A stretch of 64,000 bases of DNA from Octopus sinensis (Eukaryota). The translations under genes were made by a program, and so were the position numbers. Each line of letters begins with the position of its first letter. Position 1 is the first letter of the stretch. Shown here piece after piece: positions 11,750 to 24,290 of this stretch. The notes beneath the pieces are model-generated. The model was not told where the DNA came from. It worked only from the letters and a program-made list of their open reading frames with translations, and ran no database searches. Location: NCBI RefSeq assembly GCF_006345805.1, contig NC_043015.1, forward strand, positions 14,632,001 through 14,696,000, read 5' to 3'.

Positions 11750-12790
11750 TCCGCTTCGAAAAAGGATAATAGAAATAGGAAGGTCATCTGGTTTACGCCC
11801 CCTTACTCACCTGAGGTGGCCTTCAATATAGGTAAATATTTCCTAGCACTGATAGATAGACATTTTCCAGTTAACCATACTTATAGAACTCTTCAATAGA
11901 CACAATTTAAAAATTAGTTTTAGTTCAACTACCAATTTTAAAACATATCAAACATACATACAAAAAACACAAGAAGAAAACAGCTGTTCATGCAGGATAA
12001 AGAATTGTGCCCGCTAAATGGAGCTTGCATGTCCAAGACCATCATATATGAAGCTACCGTAAACTCTATAACCACTAAAGACACCGTTTCGACGAAGAAA
12101 TATGTGGGCCTTACAGAGGTAATTTCAAGGCCAGGTTCAATAACCACACTTTGAGCTTTAGGCACTGGAACAAAAGAAAAGTGACACAATTGTCTAATCA
12201 TATTTGGTCTTTAAGAGATAAAGGTGTCGATTATAACATCAATGGAAGATTTTGGCCAGATGTAAGCCCTATACTAACGGCAGCGGAAGGTGCGGTCTAT
12301 GCAACTTGGAGAGATGGCTTATCTGGAAAAGCAGCTTAGACCCTACTGTACTATGTCTAATACAAGGACAGAGCTTTTCGGATCATGCCCACATGTGACT
12401 AAATTTCTGTTACGTTTTTGGTCCCCTAAAGAAAACAGATAGAACATGCTTTCTATGTTATGTCCCAAGAAGAATTTATATATCTTTAATATTTTTTATA
12501 TATTTTTTTTATGTATTTTTATATAATTTTTATGACGAAAAATGCAGAGATGTATAAGTACGCAGGCAAGCAGAGTTATAACAGAGTAATTTCCCTTTAT
12601 TTAACGGTATTTTTTTCATAACGTTTTCAAAAGCCAGATAACCGAAGAGATGGTGTTGTGGATTTCCACTTCGGCATCTGAAACTCAGAGTTTTATCTTG
12701 ACTACCGAGTAATGTAACATATTGTATAGATAAATTTCCTCTATTTACATAATATTGAGGTCTCTTTCTTTTGTTATCTTACCGTTTTAT

Positions 12791-12793
<3 letters not shown>
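11750..12793 (+). mobile_element. Penelope-like element linker + GIY-YIG endonuclease + 3' terminal repeat
   Basis: RKVIWFTPPYS..V..NIGKYFL.LIDRHFP, CSCRIKELCPLNGACMSKTIIYEATV, KKYVGLTE, SFRH..KRKVTQLSNHIWSLRD. Ends at (TA)n. Confidence 0.9.
12636..12698 (+). ncRNA. Type I hammerhead-like motif in the Penelope 3' terminal repeat (core U4->C)
   Basis: AGATAA-CCGAAGA-GATG..GTGG(attt)CCAC..CATC-T-GAAAC-TCAGA-GTT-TTATCT. Helix I 6 bp perfect, helix III near-palindrome AACTCAGAGTT. Confidence 0.65.
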
Positions 12794-12829
<36 letters not shown>

Positions 12830-12831
<2 letters not shown>

Positions 12832-13215
12832 CACAGGAGTGGCTGTGTGGTCAGTAGCTTGCTAACCAACCACATGGTTCTGGGTTCAGTCCCATTGCGT
12901 GGCATCATGGGCAAGTGTCTTCTGCTATAGCCCCGGGCCGACCAATGCCTTGTGAGTGGATTTGGTAGACGGAAACTGAAAGAAGCCTGTCATATATATG
13001 TATATATATAGGTATGTGTGTGTGTGTTTGTCCCCCTAGCATTGCCTGACAACCGATGCTTGTGTGTTTACATCCCTGTCACTTAGCGGTTTGGCAAAAG
13101 AGACCGATAGAATAAGTACTGGGCTTACAAAGAATAAGTTCCAGGGTCGATTTGCTCGACTAAAGGCGATGCTCCAGCATGGCCACAGTCAAATGACTGA
13201 AACAAGTAAAAGAGT
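12830..13215 (+). mobile_element. SINE family A, full length
   Basis: Head GGCACAGGAGTGGCTGTGTGG through tail GACTGAAACAAGTAAAAGAG. Confidence 0.9.
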
Positions 13216-13225
13216 ATATATATAT

Positions 13226-13256
<31 letters not shown>

Positions 13257-13548
13257 CTATATTTATAGATATGTATGAATATATATATATTTGTATATAC
13301 ATATATGTATATAATTAATAATATCAGGGTAAGTTAAATTTTAGAAACTTTTACAACCAGTGGCCTAGCTTGTTGAAAAATTAGTCAATAGACTATATAT
13401 TATTCATATAAATACAGTGTACATTTAAACACATAAGAGGTATCAATCAGCGGATACCTGGCGCGCTAGAAGGAATAGCCAAAATTCAAACCACTATTAG
13501 GGATAAATTTTGAAGGGAATGAAAAACAAAATCGTTTACCATCTATTT

Positions 13549-13618
13549 CCTGGACCCTGGTTTCTGACTTTAAATTCGCAGAGAAAATAATTTTCTAGGC
13601 GAATTCTTCATCAACAGG
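13549..13618 (-). ncRNA. Hammerhead-like motif (core C3->U) in a probable Penelope terminal repeat (about 13320-13700)
   Basis: Minus strand: CCTG-TTGATGA-A-GAATTCGC..AGAAAAT/ATTTTCT..GCGAATT..GTC-A-GAAAC-CAGG-GTC-CAGG. Confidence 0.6.
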
Positions 13619-13702
13619 TATTAAACATGTTTAATCTAGGCATACTTGTTGTTGAAGACTTCACCTAGCAAATTATTTTATTTGCTAATTTAAAGTCAGA
13701 AA

Positions 13703-15096
13703 TATGGTCCAGGAAATCTACAGGCCCATCTCTCTGACTTCACATATTATTAAGACAGTGGAACACAGTCAGAAAAAGGCTGATCATGTTCCCGGAGTGA
13801 AAGATCCTTCCGACAAACACACAACATGGAGCTGCCTTACACAGTTGCTGCAGCACTTTGTCTGGGTACTGAAGCCACAGCTAAATCAGTCAGCTGTAGA
13901 CGTGATATACCTTGACTTTGCCAAGGCGTTCAAGAATGTCAATCATAGCATGTTATGTCATAAGTTGTGAAACCTTGGTATTACCAGGAAACTGGGAGAG
14001 TGGCTGCGTGATTTTCTGAAGTGCAGGAGTCAGACAGTTGTGGCCAATGGTCCTCACTCTGAAGGGACACCAATTTTCATGTCGTGGCACTCTCAGACAT
14101 GCCCTCCATGGTACTGTCAGCCAATCTGACCAGTTATTCTGACAACACAAAGTATCGCAGGCAGTTAGGAGCCCCGAGGACATCATAAGACTGCAGAAAG
14201 GCATGAACAAAAATCTACAAAGTGGTTAACAAAAATAACATGCAGTTCAATGCTATGAAATTTCAGGCACTCCACTATCAGTCCAACACGTGGCTAGAAT
14301 TGGAATACACTGGATCAGAAGGTAATATGATCCCAGAGTCAGAGTCAGTCTGTGACCTGGGTGTTCACATGAGCAATGATACTACATTACATGTGCATAT
14401 TACCAAGTTGTGAGACTGTGCAGGCGAGTGGCTGGCTGGATTCTGAGGATATTCAGAAGCAGGGAAAGGGAAGTCCTGCTACCCCTATGGAAGACTTTCG
14501 TTCCCAGCCGCTCGGACCCCTGCTCCCAACAATGGTTCCCAGAGTGTGTGAAATAAACTGTTGAACTCGAAGCAATCCAGCACCAATATACAAAGAAGAT
14601 TGACTAAATGCAAAAGATGGGCTACTGGGAGGGGTTAAAGGAGCTGAGTCTCTATTCCCTGGAGAGAAGACGAGAGAGATATACAGTGATATATATCTGG
14701 AAGATCTTGGAGGGTTAAGCTCCTAATTTTGGAATTGGCAGCTATACCATTCATTGAACTGGACAGCACTGCATCATACCAAAGATCCTGTTTTCCCCAT
14801 CTAAAATGAAGACACAGTACCGCAATAGTCTGGGTTTCAAAGGCCCGCAATTGTTCAACATCCTTCCAGGCAACCTTAGAGATCTACATGGTATTCATGT
14901 GGAAGTCTTCAAGGAACGTCTGGACAAGTGTCTGAGATACCAGTTGAACCCACATTGTGTCACGAAACGCTAAGAAGAGCAGTTGCATCCAATTTACTAT
15001 TTCATCAAAAACCATATCGGAAACAACACCGAGTAACTACAGGTGGTGCACCAGCATGACCTCAGCCCTCGGCTGAAGCCAGTAAAAGATAAAAGA
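13703..15096 (+). mobile_element. Decayed CR1-group LINE (RT to 3' tail)
   Basis: YRPISLTSHIIKT, DVIYLDFAKAF..VNH..LCHKL, NNMQFNA.KF, DLGVHMS, LKELSLYSLERRRERY, NSLGFKGPQLFNILP. 3' tail at 15042-15096. Confidence 0.9.
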
Positions 15097-15143
15097 TATG
15101 TATGTATTTATCTTTATTTATATATGTATACGTATGTATATAT

Positions 15144-15212
<69 letters not shown>

Positions 15213-15410
15213 TATATGTATGTATATATGTATGTATGTATATATGTATGTATATATGTATGTATGTATATATGTATGTATATATGTATGTATATATGTA
15301 TGTATATATGTATGTATGTATGTATATATGTATATATGTATGTATGTATATATGTATATATGTATGTATGTATATATGTATGTATATATGTATGTATATA
15401 TGTATGTATG

Positions 15411-15441
<31 letters not shown>

Positions 15442-15606
15442 ATATGTATATATGTATGTATGTATATATGTATATATGTATGTATGTATATATGTATATA
15501 TGTATGTATGTATATATGTATATATATATGTATGTATATATGTATGTATGTATATATGTATGTATATATGTATGTATGTATATTATGTATGTATATATAT
15601 ATGTAT

Positions 15607-15650
<44 letters not shown>

Positions 15651-16090
15651 ATATGTATGTATGTATATATATGTATGTATGTATATATATGTATGTATGT
15701 ATGTTATGTATGTATGTATATATATGTGTGTATGTATGTATATATATGTGTGTATGTATGTATATATATGTGTATGTATGTATATATATGTGTGTATGTA
15801 TGTATATATATGTGTGTATGTATGTATATATATGTGTGTATGTATGTATATATGTATGTATATATATATATGGATGTATATATATGTGTGTATATATATG
15901 GATGTATATATATGTGTGTATATATATATATGTATGTGTATATATGTGTGTATGTATGTATATCTATGTGTGATATATGTGTGTAGTGTATATATGTGTG
16001 TATGTATGTATATATATGTGTATGTTATATGTGATGTATATATATGTGTGTATATATATATATGTATGTGTATATGTATATATATTTATA
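15097..16090. repeat. About 1-kb compound (TATG)n/(TA)n/(TG)n microsatellite
   Basis: Direct reading. Source of the spurious 191-294 aa M/Y/V/C/I ORFs. Confidence 0.98.
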
Positions 16091-17100
16091 TAAAAGTACA
16101 CAATACCTCTTTTGTTGTGCCTATTCACTTCTTTAAAACATAGTTATGTACTCTTAATTAGATATTTCATCAATGGTATAGTGTTATCATGATGCCATAT
16201 GTTGCTAATGACTATTATATATTTCTCGCAAGTCTCTCTATTATTCCTCAGCCTTTCATATACATGCATCTGTGTAAACACTACTTGCACTCACATAATC
16301 AAGTAGTTACACATAAACACATACTCAGGTATTCATTAGCTTGCACTTCCAAATTGGTCATTTCAGAATTCTTTACGATATTTCTAAAACCTTGGTTGGG
16401 TACACACTATTAGTGTAAAATCAGTTGTGAAGAAATTTGATCTGAAGTCTTTTTATTATAACAAGGCTGATAGATTGGCAGAAAGAGAGCTTCTGAGGAA
16501 ATGTCTTGTGACATTTCTTCTGGCTCTATATTTTCTAAGTTGAAATCTTGCTGATGTCAACTTTGTCTTTCGTCCGTTAAGAGTTGATAAAATGAAGAAC
16601 TAGCCATGTACTGGGGCCGTGAACATTGACTTACCCCAGCTCCCAAAATTTCAAGCCGTGCAATCATAATGTTGATATTAGGAGCAATTCTAATACGAAC
16701 ATTATGATTGCAGTCACAAGTTACCAGTACCAACTTTTAGCATGTTATATTAGTGACCTTTATTGTTTATAGCTGACATTTATACTGCAATGTACAGTGT
16801 CAGTTTCTAGAGTTAGGTGGAATAGTAATTCAAATATTGATTTACTGGGCTACAAATTTGTTGGAGAGTTGTATATTTGATTGAGTAGGTCCTAGTACAA
16901 ACTGATATTTATTTTATTTATTCACACACACACAAGATGGGCTTCTTTCAGTTCCTCTCAGAAGGGTTTGGTTGTCCTGGCATAGTAAAAGACACTTGCT
17001 CAGGGTGTCACACAGTGGGATTGGACCTGATACCACACAATTAAGAAGGAAGCTTCCTCACCATTCAATCATGCTTCTCTCTCTCTCTCTCTCTCTCTCT

Positions 17101-17138
<38 letters not shown>

Positions 17139-17625
17139 TATATATACATACATACACACACACACACACATGTATAATGTTTATGCATGTCTGTATCTAA
17201 GTACCGAAAGACACTTAGTCTGCCTGGCACTTGTTGCACAATTTTTCTTAATAATAAAGAATACTCTTTATTTACTTTCACTTCTTATTTTCATTTGATT
17301 CACTTTTCTTATAATTCTTTCCTTCACGACCTGAAAATGAAACCTAAAACTATATACATCTCGTGCATTAAGCAATTGTCATTACTGATTGTTTTTGGAA
17401 TTACTGAAATTAAAATAATATTTGAAAATATAAAGGAATAATCATGTATAGAGTAGTCCTTGCATGTTACACATCAGTTCTGTTCTTCAAATGTAAGACA
17501 TTCATATTATAATATTTATTTCAAATAGTTCCTGGAATGACTACAAGAAAATCAACTTAATAGTATATTTTCAACAGATTTTAATATACTAAACTGACTT
17601 TTATTGAAAACAGAAATAAATATCC

Positions 17626-17853
17626 TTAATCTGATGGTATTTAAACCAGCCATATCCAGCTCAAATATTCTACCTGTTTTATGTTCAAAGTGGCCATATC
17701 TGGCCTCTCATACCTATCCTACCATGTAATTCTAAAAATAAACAATCAATTATGAAAATCTTGAAGCTACAAGATAATGCATGTTTAATTCAAAACAATA
17801 TGAATAAATAAGTATTACATCTGAGAAAATAATCTGATTACTAAAGGGTTAAA
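17626..17853. mobile_element. piggyBac-like MITE
   Basis: Ends CTAAAGGGTTAA (CCC/GGG terminus plus TTAA). The body is homologous to about 46655-46880. Confidence 0.5.
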
Positions 17854-18631
17854 CAGTACATCTCTTTTACAAGCATTAATTTTTGTCAAATGTGTCAACA
17901 TATCAAGTTTTAATTACTGGATTTGAAATTAAGTTTTTGCTTTTGAAACCTTATTGTAGTTGATGCCTTTTTTAACAAGATTATTTTCCAATAAGTGACT
18001 TCTCCAAACTATTACTCAATATTTTTGTCTTTATTCTTTGATCAATATATCGTCAATATAGTATCTAACTGTCATTTTGTCCCACCATTCTGCTAGATTC
18101 AACTCTGTCTCTATGTTTAAAAGTTTCACTGCTCTTTTTCACTATGTCATAATCTTGTTTGTCAGATACTTGTCAAATTTGAATAGATATGGCAGCTAAA
18201 AATGACAGCAAGTTATAGTGATATAAAAATAATGTAGATAAAAACACAGACACACACACACCACGATACTACTAAATGGAAAAATTCTTCAGTTAAAGAA
18301 ACTGAATAACACAGAAGAAGCTTTAAAGTTTGATAAGACAAAATTTTTTAAAATTTGATGTTTTATTAACTGAAATATTTACAAGGCCAGTCATTTAAGC
18401 TCAGTTAACCCTTAACTGAAATATTCTTTTTATGCAGAGAAATTTATACTGTAAAAAGCTTCTACTTACCAGCTATTTCATGTGTATATACATATATACC
18501 AAGTGTTTGGGTTAAATGTGATAGTTTGCATACAAAGATAAAACGAAAAGAAAACAATATCTCATCCAAAAATTAATTTATTTAAAAGAACCCCAAAACT
18601 ATCAACTAGATTATGGCTGGGAGATAACAGT

Positions 18632-19200
18632 TTACTCAAAGTAGCTGCCTTCAACTTCTACCATGGCTGCAAGAAAGCTCTGGAATGTGGCTCATGTGCC
18701 TCATTGTGTCTCTGGGAAGATCTTCAGATACCTCATTCATCTTGGCCACCAGCTTGGTCTTTGTGTTGCAGGCAGAGTAGTTGGTATCTTTCTCAACTAT
18801 ATCCCACACATATAATCCATGGGATTACAATCCGGGGAATTAGGAAGCCAGAACTTGGGGCTGATGAAGTCATAGAAATTCTCCAACAACCACCTCTAAC
18901 TCTTTTCAGAAGTATGGCGAAGAGCTGAATCTTGAAGCCTCACATATGGCCTTCCAGCAGCAACCCTCCCAGCCAGAGATTGACCACCATCTCTAGCAGC
19001 TTCACATAGCTGTCTGAATCGAGCCTAGGGCTCAGAGCTAGGTTTACTGATTTGGGGATGAATTGCAGCATGTGAACATTGTCTGAATGCCTGTTGTGTC
19101 ACTTCTTGCTGGTTATGGCTTTTGTAGTCTCCCTTGCAGCTGTCCATGTCACATCTTACAGCCTTTAGAGTGCCTAAGCATTTTGATACCCGGTGAGAGT
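18632..19200 (-). pseudogene. Tc1/mariner DD37D (maT-type) transposase relic with internal deletion
   Basis: GRPYVRLQDSALRHTSEKS*RWLLENFYDFISPKFWLPNSPDCNPMDY, with exactly 37 residues between the D codons at 18929-18931 and 18815-18817. C-terminus ...VEVEGSYFE*. N-terminal relic around 19070-19150. Confidence 0.88.
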
Positions 19201-19747
19201 CATGATACAGGTAACTCTTTTCCAATATTCAGATGGCTTCCAGTCCTTCAAATACATCAAGCTATTCTTGAAAAAAGGAGACGAAAAATCCTCAGATTTA
19301 GCCTGAAGACTCTTTATATTATTCCTTTACAAGAATTTTGAAGTTTCAACCTGCTTAGCCTCCATGCTGACACTTCAAAGTCACTGTCAACTCTATTCTT
19401 ATAAAAGAATAATAACTATGTACTCTACAAGAAGTATTGAGTAACCCTTCAGTTTAATGTAAAATTATTTTTATTATATGTAACTTGTCATAAGCATAAG
19501 CACTAATTCATACATACACACTTCTGCACATACATACAGTTTACAAGTTATGGTTTTTAGAGAGATTCTGATTCTTGATGTAAACAGAAATATTCCCAGA
19601 TAACAACCTTGTGATATGAATTCTAGGTATTTGGTATTGTGTAAAGTGCAGCTGGCAGGAGAAATGTGTACTATCAGATTGTGACTTGATTGATTTAGGA
19701 AAAGGTGGCTGGAAATTACAAATGTAATTATTGTAATCAAGTGAAAA

Positions 19748-19752
19748 CATGC

Positions 19753-19849
<97 letters not shown>

Positions 19850-19892
19850 TTTCTTCTTTCTTTCTTATTTCCTTTCTCTTCTTCTTCTCCTC

Positions 19893-19927
<35 letters not shown>

Positions 19928-19940
19928 CCCTCCCTCCCTC
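19748..19940. repeat. (TTTC)n/(CT)n microsatellite
   Basis: Direct reading. Confidence 0.98.
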
Positions 19941-20407
19941 CGAAACTGACATCAGTATTAAGAATTCTCGATTGGCATTTTCTGGATGATTAAGGTCCCT
20001 GTTAGTCTATATGTTTACAATTATGTGTGTTGACCTCAGCATTAGAGCATTTTAGCTCTTATTTCTTGCTATGTTGGTGTTTTTCAACACCCTAGTCACA
20101 TTTAGTAACACATATAATTCTCCTTTTTGGTGAAACATAGCAAAGTGCTGTTTATATTAATTTTATGTTTATTCGTTAATGAATTGATAAATTATCCATT
20201 AATTTGGATGATGGAAACATATATACTAATAGAGAAGCAAGTCCAAAAAGAACCGAATTTTGAGTTAGTTTTAACTGGTGAGGTAACAGAAATTACTGAA
20301 GCTGACGTCAGTATTAAGAATTGTCAATCAGCATCTTTTGGGCAATTAAGGTCTCTGTTAGTGTATATATTACATTTATATAAATATACATATATATATA
20401 TATATAT

Positions 20408-20808
20408 ACTCTTTTACTTGTTTCAATCATTTGACTGCGGCCATACTGGAGCACCACCTTTAGTCGAGCAAATCGACCCCGGGACTTATTCTTTGTAAGC
20501 CCAGTACTTATTCTATCGGTCTCTTTTGCCGAACCACTAAGTGACGGGGACATAAACACACCAGCATCGGTTGTCAAGCAATGCTAGGGGGACAAACACA
20601 GACACACAAACACATACACACACATATTATATATATATACATATATACGACAGGCTTCTTTCAGTTTCCGTCTACCAAATCCACTCACAAGGCATTGGTC
20701 AGCCCGGGACTATAGCGGAAGACACTTGCCCAAGATGCCACGCAGTGGGACTGAACCCGGAACCATGTGGTTGGTTAGCAAGCTACTGACCACACAGCCA
20801 CTCCTGCA
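20408..20808 (-). mobile_element. SINE family A, full length
   Basis: Reverse complement of the 12830-13215 type, head at 20808. Confidence 0.9.
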
Positions 20809-21133
20809 TATGTATATATATATATAGATGTCAAAAAGTGGAAGAACTTGCCTTAAAATCCAGAAGTTATCTGTAAAGAGACTATTTCTATATTCATCGT
20901 CAGATGGAATATACTGAAGCAGATTCTCTATGACCAGATACCTTTCCTGTTGCTAACTCTCACCTATTTCTAAGCAAAGTAATATTTCCCCATGACCAGA
21001 CATGTTTTCATGGTAGATTGGAAATGAAGAAAATTTCTTAACCACATACCCAGGTCATATATATATATACACACACACATGTATATATATTCATAATTTA
21101 ATATATATATGTATATGTATATCTAATTCATAA

Positions 21134-21202
<69 letters not shown>

Positions 21203-21412
21203 TGTATATATATTCATAATTTAATATATGTATATATATGTTTATGAATTTGTGTTGCAACATTCTTTGTTGTGAAACCATGTGCTGAAATGGACATTGT
21301 TTTATTTTGGGATGGTCATTTTTTTTTTCATCTTTGGTGAATAAACTCACACTGTATATTTGTTCTTCACTTGTTTATTACTCTTCTTATCTTAACTCAT
21401 GTCCATTGTCAG

Positions 21413-21463
21413 GAAATCTTATGTCACACATCTGTGTCCTCTTCAGTGACACTTTCTGTCCTT
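21413..21463 (+). CDS. Probable coding exon 2: EILCHTSVSSSVTLSVL
   Basis: Pyrimidine tract, CTTAAC branch-like motif and TGTCAG acceptor; GTGAGT donor. 51 nt, open in phase 0-0, fits between the exons at 6029 and 29774. Confidence 0.6.
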
Positions 21464-21807
21464 GTGAGTTAAAATAAGAACAGTAATAAATGAGTGAAGA
21501 ACGAATATCTAGTGCATGTGTTTATTTGGCAAAAAAAAAAAAAAAAAGACTCCTGAAACACAACAACACACACACACACACGCACACACACACACACACA
21601 CACATATATATAAACAGATGAGTGGTACAACAAGATACCAATATTTACTGGAAAATAGCAATCGATACAAATACGACGCTATTGTAAAGCTTCACTCTGT
21701 ATATACTAGCAAAGATGTGTGTGTGTGTGTGTGTGTGCAATAAACATGAAAAATTTGTCTTACCTCTAGGAAGACCATTTGATAAATGGACAACCTAGAT
21801 TCGGATC

Positions 21808-21878
21808 ATGCAGGACCGGTTTCTGACTCTTCAAATACGTTTGACAATGTAAATTTGATCGGTCTTCATCAGCTGCAT
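21808..21878 (-). ncRNA. Minimal type I hammerhead ribozyme candidate with intact core and GUC site
   Basis: Minus strand: ATGCAG-CTGATGA-A-GAC-cga-TCAAAT(16-nt loop)ATTTGA-aga-GTC-A-GAAAC-CG-GTC-CTGCAT. Helix I 6/6 bp, palindromic ACCGGT. Confidence 0.75.
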
Positions 21879-23884
21879 TAATATTTCAAATGTTGCCACA
21901 TCAATGCCAGTATACTTGCCTGAATGCCTAGCCATTAGCTGATCGAGAACAGTGAAAAAATTTTCAATGAAAAATAATATTGCAATACAAATGTATTACT
22001 TTCCAGTAAAATAAAGCCCCAAAAGGGTAGAAGTATATATATACATTAAATTATGAATTTAAAGCAGCAATAATAAGGTAAACATTGACCATGCATACAT
22101 AATGTATGTGTTTTGTTTATTCACCATATTTGCTGTGGTACAGCACTTAGGGAAACCTCCTTATTAACGCTGGTTGTTAAAACACCTGGAAATCATAGAC
22201 CAGGTGAGACAATTTGCCTCAGATTGATAATGTTTATTTATACATACGTATGTACATACATACGTTCACACATGCATGCATATGAGAGAGAATGAATTTA
22301 TCTTTGGGATTTCTACTTACTTAAATCACAAGAGTTATGCCTACAAGGCAAATTGATGGAGTTGGAAATCTGATTAAAAGGTTGGAGTTTAATATTTATA
22401 ATGAACTAGTTTGTTTAAAATAATATTCTGGAGGAATATCATCAGCAGAATATAAGATTACAAGTAATGTTAGTTTGTGGACAGGAAATATAAGTCATAT
22501 AAACTTTTCATTAAAAACACACACGAATGAATCCAATTATTTATTTATATAAAATAATATTGTGGCATTAATTTATTTAATCTGAATATATCATGACATG
22601 TAAAATTTAATATTCAAGTATAATTTTTGATAAATGTCATTATATTTAATGAACTATGTAGCAAATTAATTAGAAGCTAATTAAATTAATTAAATCAATA
22701 ATTAATAATGATTTTTCATATAGGTACAAAGCCGTGCATTTTGGGAGTGGTGCATAGTTACTTTAGTAAGTTTTATCAATAATTAATTATAAACTGAAAG
22801 TTGTTAATCCTCCTAATTTTTCCCATCATTATTACTTTAAGTTAGAATTGTTAAGAAATTTAATTTTAAAGAAAGGCTATTATTTAGATGTTTTTTTAAA
22901 AAATTTATATTAATTCACTCACTAATGTAAATTTCAGTGTTCTAAGGGATAACATTTTAAACGATCTCTGTGTTAATGACTTAAGTAGGTGTTAACATTC
23001 TTAATGTACTGAGCTTAAAATATGTTTGACCAATTAAGATCATATCTGTAATGAAAAGGTTTACAAAAAAAAAAAAAAATCCATCAATGATAATTCTTGA
23101 TAAGAAAGGCAAGAGAGACAACTCTGAAATCCAAATTAATTAAAAGTTGATTTAATATTTTGGAGCAGGAGATAAGTCAATTACATTGATTCCAATGTTC
23201 AACTAGTACTTATTTTATCAATGCTGAAAGGTAAAGTTGATCTCAGCAGTATTTGAAATCAGAGTGTAAAGCCAGACAAAATGTCACAAAGCATTCTGTT
23301 TGACATGCTAATATTTCAGCCAGTTTGCCACCTTATAAATCAATTGAAAAATATGGTGGCATAAGTGTAGTGTGCATCTGATCTTTGTATAGTGATAAAT
23401 TTGGACATATTTCACTCTAAGATCTCCTAATTAATTATTATCATAATCTTACCAGGACTTACCATGTCTTAGAATGTGTGAGTTTAAAAAAATTGGCTTA
23501 TTAGGTATTTTAAAATCATGATATGGAAAAATTTACTCAGTATGCCTTCTGCAGGAAATGTATATAGTTAAGGGAAAGGAGGGAAACACGAGTAATGTAA
23601 TGAACCCACTCTGACCCCAACTTTTAATCAGTTAAAATTACCTCGTTAATGTTTTATAACTGAGGCACAAGGCCAATGGTTTATAGAAGACAAGGGTGGT
23701 CAATTACGTGAATAGTACTTTATTTTATTCACTCCCCCCACACCCAAAAGAAAAAATGTAAGGCAAAGTTGACATCACTGGAATTTGAACTCAGAACAAA
23801 TACTACAATTCTGTTAGTCCACCATCCCAGTAATGAAGTGAAATTCAGCTGCATTAATAATATCTCATTCAATTCAATTCTTTT

Positions 23885-24290
23885 TCTTCAACTTGTTCCA
23901 ATCTTTGAACTGTGGTCATGCTGGAGTACCTCCTTGAAAGGTTTTAATCAAACAAATTGACCTTAGTGCATATTTTATAAGTCTGGTACTTAGAATAAAA
24001 TATTGGTCTCTTTTGTCAAACTGCTAAGTTATGGGGACATAAACAGACCAACACCAGTTGTCTAGCCATGGTGGGACAAACACAAAGACACACACAAACA
24101 TATATACATACATACTTCAACACACACACACGTACATACATACATACACATTTATATGACTGGCTTTCACACAGTTTCTGTTTACCAAATTCATTCACAA
24201 GGCATTGGTTGGCTCCTGGCTATGATAGAAGACATTCATCTAAGATACTGGACTGAACCTGAAATTACGTGGTAGCACAGTGCCTGTTCC
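23885..24290 (-). mobile_element. SINE family A (decayed)
   Basis: rc tail, core and head motifs are recognisable. Confidence 0.75.

Noticed and set aside
15043-16143. ORFs of 160-294 aa (MYVCIY...)
   Set aside because: Translations of TA/TG/TATG microsatellite, which lacks stop codons in these frames. The same applies to 28256-28595, 43916-44414 and 56160-56519.
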